In this document: piece after piece, positions 38,166 through 51,726 of the stretch
Layout: each line of letters begins with the position of its first letter
Numbering within the stretch: position 1 is the stretch's first letter
Assembly (NCBI GenBank): GCA_028534125.1
Contig: CM052816.1
Location: 434,001 to 498,000, forward strand
DNA: 64,000 nucleotides
DNA from: Lama glama
Lineage: Eukaryota
Direction: 5' to 3'
Position numbers and translations under genes: made by a program
The notes under the pieces: model-generated
Told to the model about the DNA's origin: nothing
Seen by the model: only the letters and a program-made list of their open reading frames with translations
Databases searched by the model: none

Positions 38166-40219
38166 CACCTGGAATCAAGCCTTCTCTCTTTTCTCTTTCA
38201 CCCCTAATTGTAAATGAGCCAAGTTCTTTTCTAAACCTATCTTTTTTTATTGGTAATACCTTATTGAATGCAGCTAACAATTTCCACTTGTGCTACTGTG
38301 AACACTGTATCAAAACAGGCAATGGTAATGCATTTGTCAAAGCCCATAGGATGTACAACATCCAGAGTGAACCCTAATGTAAACTATGGACTTTGGTTGA
38401 TAATAATGTGTCCATGTTGGTTCATTGATTGTACCAAATGAGGGATGCCACTGATGAGGGATGCTGAGGGTAGGGGAGTATATATGTGTGGGTGGGGAGG
38501 GCTATGTGCAGACTCTGTATTTTCTGCTCAATTCTGCTGTGAACCTGACACTGCTATTAAAAAGTCTATTAAAAACAAACAAACAAAAGAACAGGCAGTG
38601 GTCTCACTCCAAAAGGACGAGTGCAGGTTTCTGGCCTCTGTGAAGTTTCCTACCATATGACGTGGGGACCACTTTCCCTGCTCAGCATTTCTTCTATAAT
38701 AATGCCACGTAAACACAGCCTTGGTGACTTTCAGCAGCAAGCAAGCTCCAGGGCTGCTGGGTACCATGGCTGCTGGCTCCAGGTTACAGCTCCCATTCAT
38801 TTTCTCTTTGGGCTGAGCAAGTCTCAGGGCGCAGGAGAGATGTGCAAGGCTAGTGGTAACTTTACTGCACCAGAAGCCCTTGTTCTGGAAATGGGCACCG
38901 TCCCTTCTACCCACCTACCATCAGCCAGTGAGAGTCCACGGTGTGTTAGCTTCCTGAGGCTAACAAACCACCACAAATGGGGGTCTTCCCATAGGAATTT
39001 ATCCTCCCAGTTTTCAAGGCCAGAAGTCTGAGATCAAGATTTTGACAGAGCCTCACCTCCTCCAGAAACTTGAGGGGTGGATCCTTCCTGCCTCTTCCAG
39101 CTCCTGGTGGCTCCAGGTGTCCCTTGGGCTCGTGGCTGCATCATTTATGTCTCTGCCTCCATCGTCACCTCCTCCCCTGTGTGTGGCAAAGCTCCCTCGG
39201 CCTCTCTCCTATAAAGACATACTTAGGGCCCACCTGGAGAATCCAGGATAAGCTCCTGCTTTCAAGGCCCTTTATTTACATCTTTTCTATGCAAGATAAT
39301 ATTTACAGACTCTGGGATGAAAAAGAAAGTATTTCATTGAGTGGCCACTTTTTGAACCACATGCGGCCCCAAGTAAGTTCATGGGGCAGAGGAATGTACC
39401 CCTGGGAGTGAGGAGAGGGGCACATGATTGGGGAATATTCATTAAACTCAAATTAGCACAAGCAGATTTAGTTCAGGGCAAATCTGCCTATTATGACTGG
39501 AAACTGAAAGAAGGAAACAGTACATTGGTGACTTTTCTTAAATGTGTGTTGCTAAATGGAGTAATTTGGATGGAAAAAAAATATGCATGTAACCCAGCTG
39601 GCTATGCCAAAGACAACAGCCATATAAGACTTATGCGGAAGAAAGGAATGTTCTCATCCTCAGTGGTGACACCAAAACCCACAGTTTTCCCCAGCATCAG
39701 TTCATGTTGGGTAAAGCCACGTAAATTGCAGAAAAACTGCCAAAGTTGCAGTGGTTTTCATGAAATAACACTAACATATTGTTTCCCTTGAATTTTTTTT
39801 TTGTTGTTGTTATTCACGTGTGGAACCACTAGGCAGAGTCAAACCGGTGTTTTAAGAAGTATTTCTCCTTTGTTTCCACAATGTCCTCAGTGAGACAATC
39901 GAAGTCCTGGAAATTGTGCAGGACCACCAGTGATGACAACAGCTCTGAAGATCAAGCTGTCCCCACAGGATGGACACCTACCTCACCACTGAAATAGAGA
40001 ACGGTGAATAAGAGAAATAAGATGGCTGAGTCCCAGCTCTCCACGCAGACTAAACAGAAGCATTTGGTCCCCTTCCCCTGCAGCTTCCATGAGGTGTGCA
40101 TCCAGCTCTTCAATTCTGTCTGTAATGCTCATTTTCGTAAAAAGCAAAGCAAATTATCCAAGGCTTGAGTGCAAACAAAACCAAAAACAAAATAGTTGAA
40201 TCCATGTCTTATGTCAAAA

Positions 40220-42165
40220 AAAAAAAAAATCCAATGTGTGTTTGCCAAAGTCACCAAGCAGTTCTCCAGTTCTCAGGGGACACCGAGTGTCCCACAAATT
40301 AAACTCAGTTCTGACATCACCTACCTGGTGATAGTGTCAGACCCCACAGGTTAGGGCTCAGTCCTACAAGACTGAAAATGAAAAAAAAAATTTATCAATA
40401 GTCAATCTAAGAAAGAAATAGAGAATTTTATTTGAACGAGTCTGAGGATTATAACCTGGGGAGAGTCCCTCAGGAAGCCCCGAGGCCCATTCCACCTGTT
40501 AGAGATCAGAGCACAATTATGTAAGTTTTCGAGACAAAGTGTTACACATCAAAGGGTTGTATGTCAAAGTAATATACTGACAGTTTATATGGTTCAACCA
40601 GGTGAGCAGTGGTTCCTCCTGACTCCTTATAGGATTAAGGAAGGAATGTTATCTCCTAAGGGACTACCATGCTGGCACTAGGAGGAAACTGGCCTTTTTT
40701 GTTTCTTTTGGGGTTTTGTTTTTCTTTTGGCGAGTGGGCATTCCTGTGTCTTCTCAGGGGATCTAGTTAGTGTATAATGCAGATGCACAATGCACACTAA
40801 AGGGGAGAGAACTGTAGCTCAAATGGTAGAGAAGTTTTTGAGTTAAAATGTTCTTGTCCCGCCTTAAAATAATTTTGTTTCATCACTACCCTCATGTCAA
40901 AAGCCAGTTGCAAGGCCAGGATGTCACCTGTGCCTCTGACTGACTGATCAGAGGTTCCAATGGTTAGAGCAGGCAGACAGCTATGTATGAGCAGAGAAAA
41001 GGGGGCACAAGCCAAATGGCAGGAATTGGGCAGAAAGGAGGGGCACGGGGCCAAATACAGGAAACCCTACACCATGAAAGCACCAGGAGTCCCTGGGCAG
41101 AGAAAGAAAAGCAGGAACCTTTGGGCTGATTAGTGGTCACACCTTTAGGGGTGATGGGCGGCCTGGAGGCTAACAAAGAAATGTGGGAAAAGGCAGGAAT
41201 CTCCAGTGTCTGAGTGTAACCTTTTGCTCATTATGCCTTCATCACAATAAAATTAGCCTTGCAGATTAGAAGAACCCATCATGCACTGCTGCCATGACAC
41301 TTCCGATCTGGACTAAATAGGGACAAAAATCCCTCCTCCCTTCAGGAAGGTGGAGTTGGGATGAAAATCAGGGAATATGACCCCAAGGAATATTCTGCCC
41401 ATTCATTTTTATACTCTATGTAACCAACTTGCCAAAGAAATTTAGGGCAGCTGCTCACCTGAGTCTGCCCGCTCTCTCCTTGATAGTATACTATCCACCC
41501 CTTAATAAACCCTCATTTTACTTTCTTAACCTCCGTGTCTTGTCTCTAAATTCTTTCTGGGATGGGACAAGAACCTGGACACTGGCTACCTCTACCGGCA
41601 ACACAATGACCCTCTCCTTGGGTTTGATTAATTTGCTAGAGTGGCTTGCAGAACTCAGAGAAACACTTGAGTTACTAGATTACTGGTTTATTATTAAAGG
41701 ATGTAACTCAGGAACAGCCAGATGGAAGAGATGCACAGGGCAAGGCATGTAGGAAAAGGCACAGAGCTTCCCATGCCCTCTCTGGGCACGCCACTCTCTC
41801 CAAACTTCCACGTATTCACCAACCTGGAAGATCTCAGAACTCATCCTCTTTTTTTATGAAGGCTCCATTCCTAGGCATGATTGATTAATTCATTGGCCAT
41901 TGGCAACTGAATCAACATCCAGCCTCTCTCCCCTCCCTGGAGGCTGGGAAGGGAGCTGGAAATTCCAACCCTCTCATCACTTGCTTGGTTCTGCTGGCAA
42001 CCAGCCCCCATTATCAATACTTTCCAAAAAGTCACCTTATTAACGTAACTAAAGACATCTTTATGGCTCTCATCACAGGAAATTCTAACCATTTTAGGAG
42101 TTCCTGTGCCAGGAACAGGTATAAAGACCAAATACATAATTTCTTACTATAAGTCATAATATTAC
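40220..42165 (-). mobile_element. MER21-like LTR with two nested LTR insertions (~40373-40880; ~40962-41605 on +)
   Basis: MER21-like text is interrupted twice and resumes. The inner + LTR has AATAAA at ~41504 and matches 17555-18695. Confidence 0.65.
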
Positions 42166-42339
42166 ACAACACAAAACAAAACCCAAATCAAAATTCTGTG
42201 ATGGAACCAAAATAACTTCTTGTCAGAAACAAAGATGCTTTCAACAATGTCAGGGGCTAAGCTTAAAGGACAACATAGCCAATTTATTTTAAAGGGCCTC
42301 CCCACGGCAACAGTTGAGAATTTGAGAATCACACAACAA

Positions 42340-42385
42340 AAATAAATAAATAATAAATAAAAATAATAAATAAATAAACAATAAT
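42340..42385. repeat. (AAAT)n tract
   Basis: Directly visible. Confidence 0.85.
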
Positions 42386-42619
42386 AAATTAATTAGAATA
42401 TGTTTAATTTATAAAAGAATAGAAGATCATATACGCAGTTACAAACTTAGGACAATTAAAAGATGTAAATAATACTGTTGAGTTTGTATAGATTTTGATA
42501 AATAAAGCCACTGACATATATACAAGTATTTGGTCTTAAGCATATGTCTAACATTTACATGTCGGCCTGTGTGTACCTCTTTAAGAGGGGAAGAAAGACC
42601 GACAAAAATGTGAGACAGC

Positions 42620-44350
42620 CCAGAACAGAGATGGCTTGGGCGCCAAGAGGAGGGGAGGCGGCTGCACTTGGGATAGCAGGAGGGGAGAGAGGGCTTTGCT
42701 GGCGGTACTTCCTGGGGGGACTTGGGGTGTCCCATCCGGGCGCGCACAGAACAACGTTGTCAAGTAAACTACCACCAGACAAGGGAGAAAGGGCTTCCTT
42801 TTCAGGAAGAACACGCCGCCGTAGCCTTGATATTTCGGGACTGAGCAACCCCGTGACAAATCGGTTACATCAGAGAGCGGCCGAGATTCTGAGCCCAGGG
42901 AAGGAAAAGCGAGCGTGGGGGGTGGTCGCTGGGCGCAGGACAGCTGCCGCAGCAGGAGGCCAAGGAGGCGGATGCACGACCAACGCGGTCAGGCCGACAG
43001 CCTTTGAGCTGAGCGACTAGGAAACGCTCCCAAATGCAAACAAGGGCAGTAAAGGCTTCGGGGTTTCAAGCTTCGAGTCCCCTGCACGGCGCGCAGGAGT
43101 CAGAGGCTGCAAATCCACCCTCCTCCCCACCTCGCGCGCTAGATTGCGCCTGCGCCCTCCGCTGCCTGCGCAGCGGTACCTCCACCACTCCCACCCCTAC
43201 TCTTGCACTCCTGCATGCCCGCCCATTGTGACCCGCACACTAGCATCCCTGGGCCCTCTATCCCCTTCTCGGTACCCCCGTACCCCTGCATTCCCCGCGT
43301 CCATATAATTCCGCCCCCTGTACCCACGCATCTCTGCACCCCCATGCTCCTGTATGCCGCACTCATTTGCCTCTGCACCTCTGCACTCCTGCGTCCATGC
43401 TCCCCCGAGCCCCGCCTCCCCTCGGAGTCAGCCGACCCTCCCTGTCACGCGTTGCCTCCTAGCGCCCTCAGCGTCCCACCACCTAGAACCCAAAGGCCGA
43501 GCCCCGCTGCTGTGGCGCCGCAGGAGGGGCTTCTGCAGTCACCCGGCGTGTACGCCACCCAGCCCGGCTTGTCCCCGTCACGCCCAAGGATCCCCAGCTT
43601 AAGCGTCGCATCCGTGGGGAGCCGGCCGGAAACGGCGACCAGAGCTCCCAATGACATCAAGCCCACGTCCCTTTTTACGTTTCAATAAAAACAGCTCTCT
43701 CCCGGGATGGTCTCTAAACAGGCCGCTCCTTCGAAGTCCCTGCAGGAGAGCGGCCCTCATCCTTGGGTGTCTAATTTCCTCCCAACCAAACCGGGAGTCG
43801 GCTCAATGGCTGTTGTGGAAAAGGATCCAGTGCGGCAGCAGGTGGCGCCCAGCGGGGGACCGGCGCGCCCCCACTCTGGCTACGTGTCTTTTGGAGCTCA
43901 ATTTCATTCTTTCTCTGCCTCCACTGGCTAGTGAGAAGAACATCACCCCCCCCCCCCCATCCATCACTTAGCACTTACGGTGTGCCTGGCAGAGCTCTGA
44001 GCACGTGGGGAGGACAATGCCTTCCTGGAGCTTACGTCTAGTTGGGAGAGGCGATGCTCAGTAAAAATGAGAGCGCGTCGTAGAGGTTTACACGCTGAGC
44101 AGAAATAGCGCACCACTGGCTTCGGGCATTGTTGCCCAAGACCGGGGAGACTTGAGTGGAAACTTGGGAGGCTGTCGGAGTGGGGAGCCTGCTGCTCTGG
44201 GGACAGTGGGACGCCTGGGTTTGGAGGGACGGAGACTAGCAGAGGGTGGCGGGAGCTGGCCCAGGGAAGGCTGCGTCCTCGGAGGTAAATGGCTCCTACT
44301 GCGCGCTGCAAGATTGGGGCTTTCACGTTGAGGGCACCACGCAGACCCTG
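42620..44350. promoter_or_regulatory. Orphan CpG island with CTCF-like motif
   Basis: CpG-rich non-repeat sequence with no recognisable coding gene; GGCAGCAGGTGGCGCC at ~43834-43849. Confidence 0.6.
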
Positions 44351-44429
44351 CAGGGCCTGCCAGAGTGATTGCCTTCAAGGGCTTTGCGACCTGTAGCTAA
44401 GGCTTCTCAGGCCACACGTGTGATGTTTA

Positions 44430-44790
44430 AAGGTGGAATTTTACAGATAAGAAGGTGGTGAGTTTATCACACGCAGTGTTCATTAGTCATCAGACTCGAG
44501 GAGCTAGGTGCCCAACACGTATGGACACTGGCTGGGCTGCGCCATTCCAAGTGTGCAGGTGTCCTTGGGAGTCAGGCCACCCACGGTTTCTCCTGTCCTA
44601 TGGGAGCTTGGCTTGAGTGTCACCACCAATATGCAGCGGTAAGGGGAAGAAACGGAGCTGTTCCATGGAAAGTACTGTGGCCAGCTCACCTGCTTGGGGT
44701 AACCTTCCACATCCCTAAGATACTGGAGACAAACATACCCTCCAAGTTCACTACCGATCATGGTGCAGAAGGGCTCACAGGCTACTTTAG
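44430..44790 (+). pseudogene. Putative degenerate CUB-domain coding relic
   Basis: Ordered motifs across frameshifts: GGI(F)TDKK, PNTYGHWLGC, ECHHQY, HGKYCG, TGDKHTL-KFTTD, AEGLTGYF, with CUB-like spacing. Confidence 0.55.
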
Positions 44791-45179
44791 AAAGTTCAAA
44801 CTACGTAGTTAATACATTAAATTGATTTAAAACAGGTAGCAAGAAATAAGGGGGAAGAGATGGGGTGAGCTGACAAACTTAGGGCACACGTGGTCATGTG
44901 TGTCCTGTGGCTCTCTGCTTCCTGGCTTCCCTGCTGATGGTAAGGTTATGAGGAACAGGACCCAGGTGATGCCAGGGCTCCTGGACCAATGTGTACAGGT
45001 GCAGCCACACAGGGACAGCCAGCAGAGGCTGATTAAGATCTATGAAAACTGCCTCAGGGGTTCTGATGCTTCGTACCTATTGTATACTTAGTGAATATTT
45101 AAAGCTTCTTGTATACTTAACGATCACAAATATTTAGCGCTCAGAGGCCTCACATTTACCTAGCCTGTGTCTCAGCCCT

Positions 45180-45975
45180 CCCACCCCATTGATCAATTTG
45201 GGGAGAATTGGCATCTCTGCTACATTGAGTCTTCCATGAACACGGTATGTTTCTCCATTTATTTAGATCATCTTTGATTTCTTTCATCATCATTTTTAAT
45301 GATCAGCAGCATGCCCTGTACCCAGATTTATACCTGGGTTTCATTTTCTTTAGAGTAATTTTATACAGAACTGTGCCTCTAATTTCAGTTTTCACATGCT
45401 CGTTGTCTATATATAGAAATGCAATTGATTTTTGTGTTGATCTTGTATCCTGAGGTTGAACTCAGTGATCAGTTTTAGACAGAGCCCTTGGGATGTTCTG
45501 TGTAGACAATCATGTCATTTGCAATTAGTCGTCTTTTTTCTGTTCTAATCTGTATGCCTCTTCCTTCCTTCCCCTCTCTCCCTCTCCCTCCTCTCTTTCT
45601 TTTCTTTTCCTTTCTTTTCTCTTTTTCTTCCTTCCTTCCTCCCTCCTTCCCTCCCTCTTCTCCTCTCTCTTCTTTCCTTCCCCCCACCCCTTTTGTTCTT
45701 TCTCTCCTTCTTTCTATTTCTTTCTGGCTTTATTGCACCAGCTAGAACTTCCAACACTACACTGAGTGAGTGGTTAGGCAGGCTTCCTTTCCTTATTCCG
45801 ATCTTAGAGGGAACGCATTCAGTCTTTCAACCATTAATGATACTGTTATCTGTCAAATGCTTTTTCTATGCTTTTTCTGCATCAGTGGAGATGATCACAT
45901 GATTTTTCTCCTCCTATTCCTTCTTTTGTTTCTCCTACCTGTGGATATGGTGGATTCCATTGAGTGGCTTTTGGT
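45180..45975 (-). mobile_element. Old L1 ORF2 fragment containing an expanded pyrimidine tract
   Basis: GGGAGAATTGGCATCT..ACATTGAGTCTTCC..CATTTATTTAGATC; CT-rich tract at 45560-45725. Confidence 0.7.
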
Positions 45976-48199
45976 AGATTTTAGCCTCAAGGAAAGAAAC
46001 TGAAGTTTTGAGCCTCCCACTTATGTTGTAGTTTGGGTAGTGGGAGATTAATTAGTATGGAGGCCACTGAAGTAGTGCAGGTGAGGAATGATGGTTCCTG
46101 TAGCTGCAGTTGACAGATTAGCACAAGCTGGGGGATGGGGTGTGCTGTAACAACAGAAGTGTTTTTCCTCCCAGTTCTGGAGGCCAAAGGTCCAAGGTCC
46201 AGGTGTCAGCAGGGCTGTGCTCCCTCTGGAAGAGGCAGGAAGGGGAGGGTCCTTCCTGCTTCTTCTAGCTCCTGGTGCCCCAGGTATCCCTAGGCTTGGG
46301 GCCACTTAACCCCAACCTCTGCCTCTGTTGTCACATGGCCATCTCCCTGTGTCTCCGTGTTTTTTCTCCAGGACTAGGAAGGTAGCAGCTGATACGGAGA
46401 GAAAGATCTGCCTCCCTGACGTTTACCAGCTTGCTGCTTCATGTGGGTAACCATGGAAACGAATGAATCAAAGGCAGCCTTTATCTGTCTATTAATTTTA
46501 CTTGAATCACCAGAGGATGGTGGGACCATCTATCCAACTGGAGAATAATGGAGAAGGTGGGAGTGTGTGTGTAGGGGGAGGGTTGTCAGGTGCAAAATGC
46601 AGTCCAACCACCACGAGTGGGTGGAAATCTCAAGCCGGAGTGTGGGAGCCTCTGGGAAGACATCTGCCATCAATGGTGTGTGCACCTCACTGAAGCCTGA
46701 CCTAGATGAGATGGTGAGCAAAGAGGAAACCTCTGGTTGAACCATGGAACCTGTAGTGGAGGGCAACGTGGCCACTGCTGCTCCTGGACTGGAGAGTGGA
46801 GGCTGTTGGTCCACACATGGGGTCCAGCAGGCCTTGTGATTTGCTCTGATCATCAGATTGGGGCATGAGTGACAGTGTCCAGGCCTCAGGGGTCCTGAGC
46901 ACTCTTGTTTTCTTGGGACTGTGTAAGGTAGCTTGAATTAGTCACAGAGACAGACTGAGAAGAACCAAAGAGCCCAGATGTGAAAGAGGCTGCCAGACCA
47001 GCGCCTTCCCAGGGGCCTCCCCCCAGCACTGACCCATGACTTGTCCACTAGCTGGCTCCCCAACAGGCCCCGAATGTCTATGAGCCAGCCTTTGGCATGT
47101 CCACTCACCACCAGCTTTCTTGGGGAGCCCAACCCAAACTGCTGATCCACAGACCCACTAGAACTTTGGGGCTGCTGCCATCCTGCAGGAGAGAACTGAA
47201 TGTGACCCCCGAAGGGCTGCGTGTGGCTAGCAGTGAGCTGAGGACAGGGCAGAGGGAGACAGAGGTGGCCTGGAGGCTCAAGGGCAGTGCTCAGAGAGGG
47301 GGCTGCCAGGTCCAAAGTTGAGAGAGGAGGGAAGCCCCAGGACCTGATGCTCCCAGAGAGCTGTGTAGGAGGCAGTAGGACCCAGCTAACCAGGAGAGAG
47401 GGAGGGGAGTGGGCAGAGAAAAGGACGTGGTTTTAGAGCTTTTACTTGGCATGCACTGGAGAAAAGGAAAGCCTTCGTGAGACTCTGTGAGCAATGCATG
47501 AAAACAGGACCTTGGTACGGGTCGAGGGAGCATTAGGCAGATTCTGATGATCAGGATTGGGGCACCCATGTAACAGGGTGACATATGGGGAGAACAGCTC
47601 AGCTCAGCCCAGCCCAGATCTGATAGCACTGGGAGCCGTGTGACCCGGTCCTCCAAAAGATGGGTCACCTAATGTTCGAATCCAGAGTCTGAGGGAGCAC
47701 AGAAACTCAAGCAGGGTTTGTGTGTGTGTGTGGGTGGGGGGGGGTCCATTTGCTTTTTCACTTAGATGATTCTCGAACACGTTGGTGAGAGTATGGAAAC
47801 TGATGCAGCAGATTGGAGTGACCAGATGTGCAGCAGGGCCTGAGAACAGGCTACCTGCCCAGGAGAGGGATGAGGTGGGCTGTGGGACTAAGCTGAGAGT
47901 TCCGGAAACTGGCAACACTACCTGCAGTGGGCATGGAGGCTTCTGAGGCTGCCCAGAGGGCATTCTTCCTCTGGGACCTCCCACCTCCTTCCCCATCTTT
48001 CTCAATAAAGTACCCACTGAGGCAGGCAGAGGGAGAGGCTGTGGCCACCCAAAGGGACTCCAGACCCCTTTTCGCACATGGTCTCCAAGGGATGTTACTG
48101 TGGAGCCAGGCCAGCCCCTGTCCACCCCATCCTCCACCTACTGGATAAAAGTGTGGAGACACCCAGTCTCCTCCTCCTCTTCTTTTTGGTGCATATCCA

Positions 48200-48700
48200 T
48201 GTATTAGGGTCACATTTCGTTTTAAATAAAGTTGAAATTCACATAAACATAAAACCATCCTAAGGTGAATAATTCAGTGACATTTAGTGCATTCACCATC
48301 ATCTCTTTCTAGCTTTGAAATATTTTCATCTCGCCAATAGGAAACTGTCACTCCGCATTCCTCCCTCTACCCCAGGCCACTAATCTGCTTTCTGTCTCTA
48401 TGGATCTGCCTGTTCTGGATGTTTCATATAAATGGGATCATACAATACATGACTGTTTGTGTTTGGCTTCTTCAGTCGGCACAAAATTTTCCAGGTGTGG
48501 ATGTCAGTACTTCATTCCTTTTATGGCTGAAAAGTATTCCACTATATAGATAGACCACATTTTTGTTTATCTATTCGTCTGTTATGGACATTTGGACTGT
48601 GTCCCACCTTTGGGATGTTATGAATAATGCTGTTGTGAACGTGATGTGGGTGCATGGGTATTTGAGTCCTCGCATATACCACGGGGTGGAACTGATGGGC
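48200..48700 (-). mobile_element. Old L1 3' fragment
   Basis: CACTAATCTGCTTTCTGTCTCTATGGAT.TGCCT.TTCTGGA..TTTCATATAAATGG.ATCATACAATA. Confidence 0.75.
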
Positions 48701-50526
48701 CATGAGGACTTCCTTCTTTAAGCATGAGTTTGACGAGCTTTCTCTTGCAGAGCAGGCAGCTCTGAATATTTTCTCATGTTTTTGAACTTGATAAGCCCGA
48801 CAGATGATCAAACTTTAAACTAGAGCTGCCCAATAGAACTTTCTGTAATAATGGAGATGTTCTCTATCTGTTCTGTCCAACGTGGTGGCCATTGGCCACG
48901 AGTGTCTTGAGTGACTGAGAAACTGCATCTTTGTATTTAACTTCAATTAATTGCAAGTTAAATAGGTCCTGCAGCGTATAAGCTCATTAGAGATGACAAA
49001 TGAAGGACTGCCCCTTGCAGCACCTCCCACCTCGCCTCAGCTTGTAACACCCCCGTTGAAGAATTAAGTCTGGAGCTCCGTGGTGATCCTTGGAACACCC
49101 AAGCCTCCTGCTCCTGAAAAACCTTTTTTCTTGAATACCACTTAAGGGGTTGAAGATACGCAACGAATAGCAACACTTCAGTCAAATCTAAGCTAGAATT
49201 AATGGGTCCCGCTTGGCAATGTGGGTCTCCTACCTACACTGCAGGGGAGTCAGGTGTTGCCGCCTACACTGATAGAGCAGCTCCTATCAATTTTTGGTGC
49301 GAACAGTCTCATAGTGCTAGGATATTTTCTGAAGACTAGCAAATCATGATTAGCTCCAGATAGTGTCCAAGAGCCCTGGTTTGAGCACACCTAATTTTAG
49401 TCAGATAAATGTTTATTATATATGTATAATAATCCTGAATCATCTTACCAGCCTGTGTTTACGGTTATAATAAAACAAATGAATGAATCCAGTAAGGATA
49501 ATGAAGGCAAACATAACCAAAATTTACTGTGCACTTATATTGTACTGTGGATTTTTTAAAAAAGGGATTATCATGAACTAACTCATTTAATCCCTTCATT
49601 CCATGAAGTAGGTACTATTAACATCCTCAGTTGAGTTTGCAGAAGAATCTCTGGGCCACTCCAACCCCCACTCATAATAGAAGGTGGAATTCATGAACAG
49701 TCATCTTCTGAAATATCCACATATGTATTACTTAATCTGGTCCTAATAGTGGTCATTTTAAATTTACTAAATTCACAAAAGTAGTTTTCCTTGTCAAACT
49801 CAATGCACAAATTATCCTAATTTTAGCTATCAATTTAAGGGGATCTGATTAATGTTTGACCAACCCAAACTTAACCATTTAAATTGTTTTACATAATTAT
49901 TCTATTTACAAGGAAATTTCCTCGATGTTTACACTTACTTTAAAAATATTAATACTTTCGTACTTTTCAAATCGGGAAAATGCCTCTAGCAAAACAAACC
50001 CTTCCCAAGACCTGAGAATTTCCAATCCAATAAATTAGACAATTCCGGTGGATCGCAGGCGCTCTAAGAACGTTTCAACTTCAACTCATGCATTCATACA
50101 TTTTAAAATGGTAGCCATGTTTACGTATCAGAACCTCAAATGGCAAATTCTCCCTCAAGATTACATACTTGTAATACCAGATGAATCTACCAGACTTCCT
50201 GGGATAAAAACTGCTCGTACTTGGTTGGCATCTAAATGTCACCGAGTGACACTTTGCAAAGCCCAAACTAGTTTGCCATGGGCAATAACATACACACCTC
50301 CAATGAGCGGGACTGAAATGCCAGAAGCCTCGGGGCGAAATCCAACAAAAAGGATTGCCTGTCGGGCAACATTCCCCACAGCTAACGAGCACGCAGCCCA
50401 CGGTGTCCCTCTGCGCACCCCAATCATGTCTCGGGTTCGGCTTCCTGTGTGCCCTGCCTTGCACAGGAACGCACTCAGGAGGACGCAGGCCTCCGCCAGT
50501 ACGGCTCTTTTCTCGAGGCTGTGGGT

Positions 50527-50542
50527 GGCTCTGAAAAGAGCC
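50527..50542 (-). terminator. Histone 3' stem-loop of H2A
   Basis: CCAAA-GGCTCTTTTCAGAGCC-ACCCA on the minus strand. Confidence 0.96.
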
Positions 50543-50602
50543 TTTGGTGTCACGGGGGCCCCCCCCGGGGCGCACGGCCGTTTCCGGCCCGCCTCCGCGG
50601 CC

Positions 50603-51682
<1,080 letters not shown>

Positions 51683-51710
51683 GGCGCGCCGCAGCGCCCG
51701 GGAACCCAAA

Positions 51711-51726
51711 GGCTCTTTTCAGAGCC
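51711..51726 (+). terminator. Histone 3' stem-loop of H2B
   Basis: CCCAAA-GGCTCTTTTCAGAGCC-ACCCA. Confidence 0.96.
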
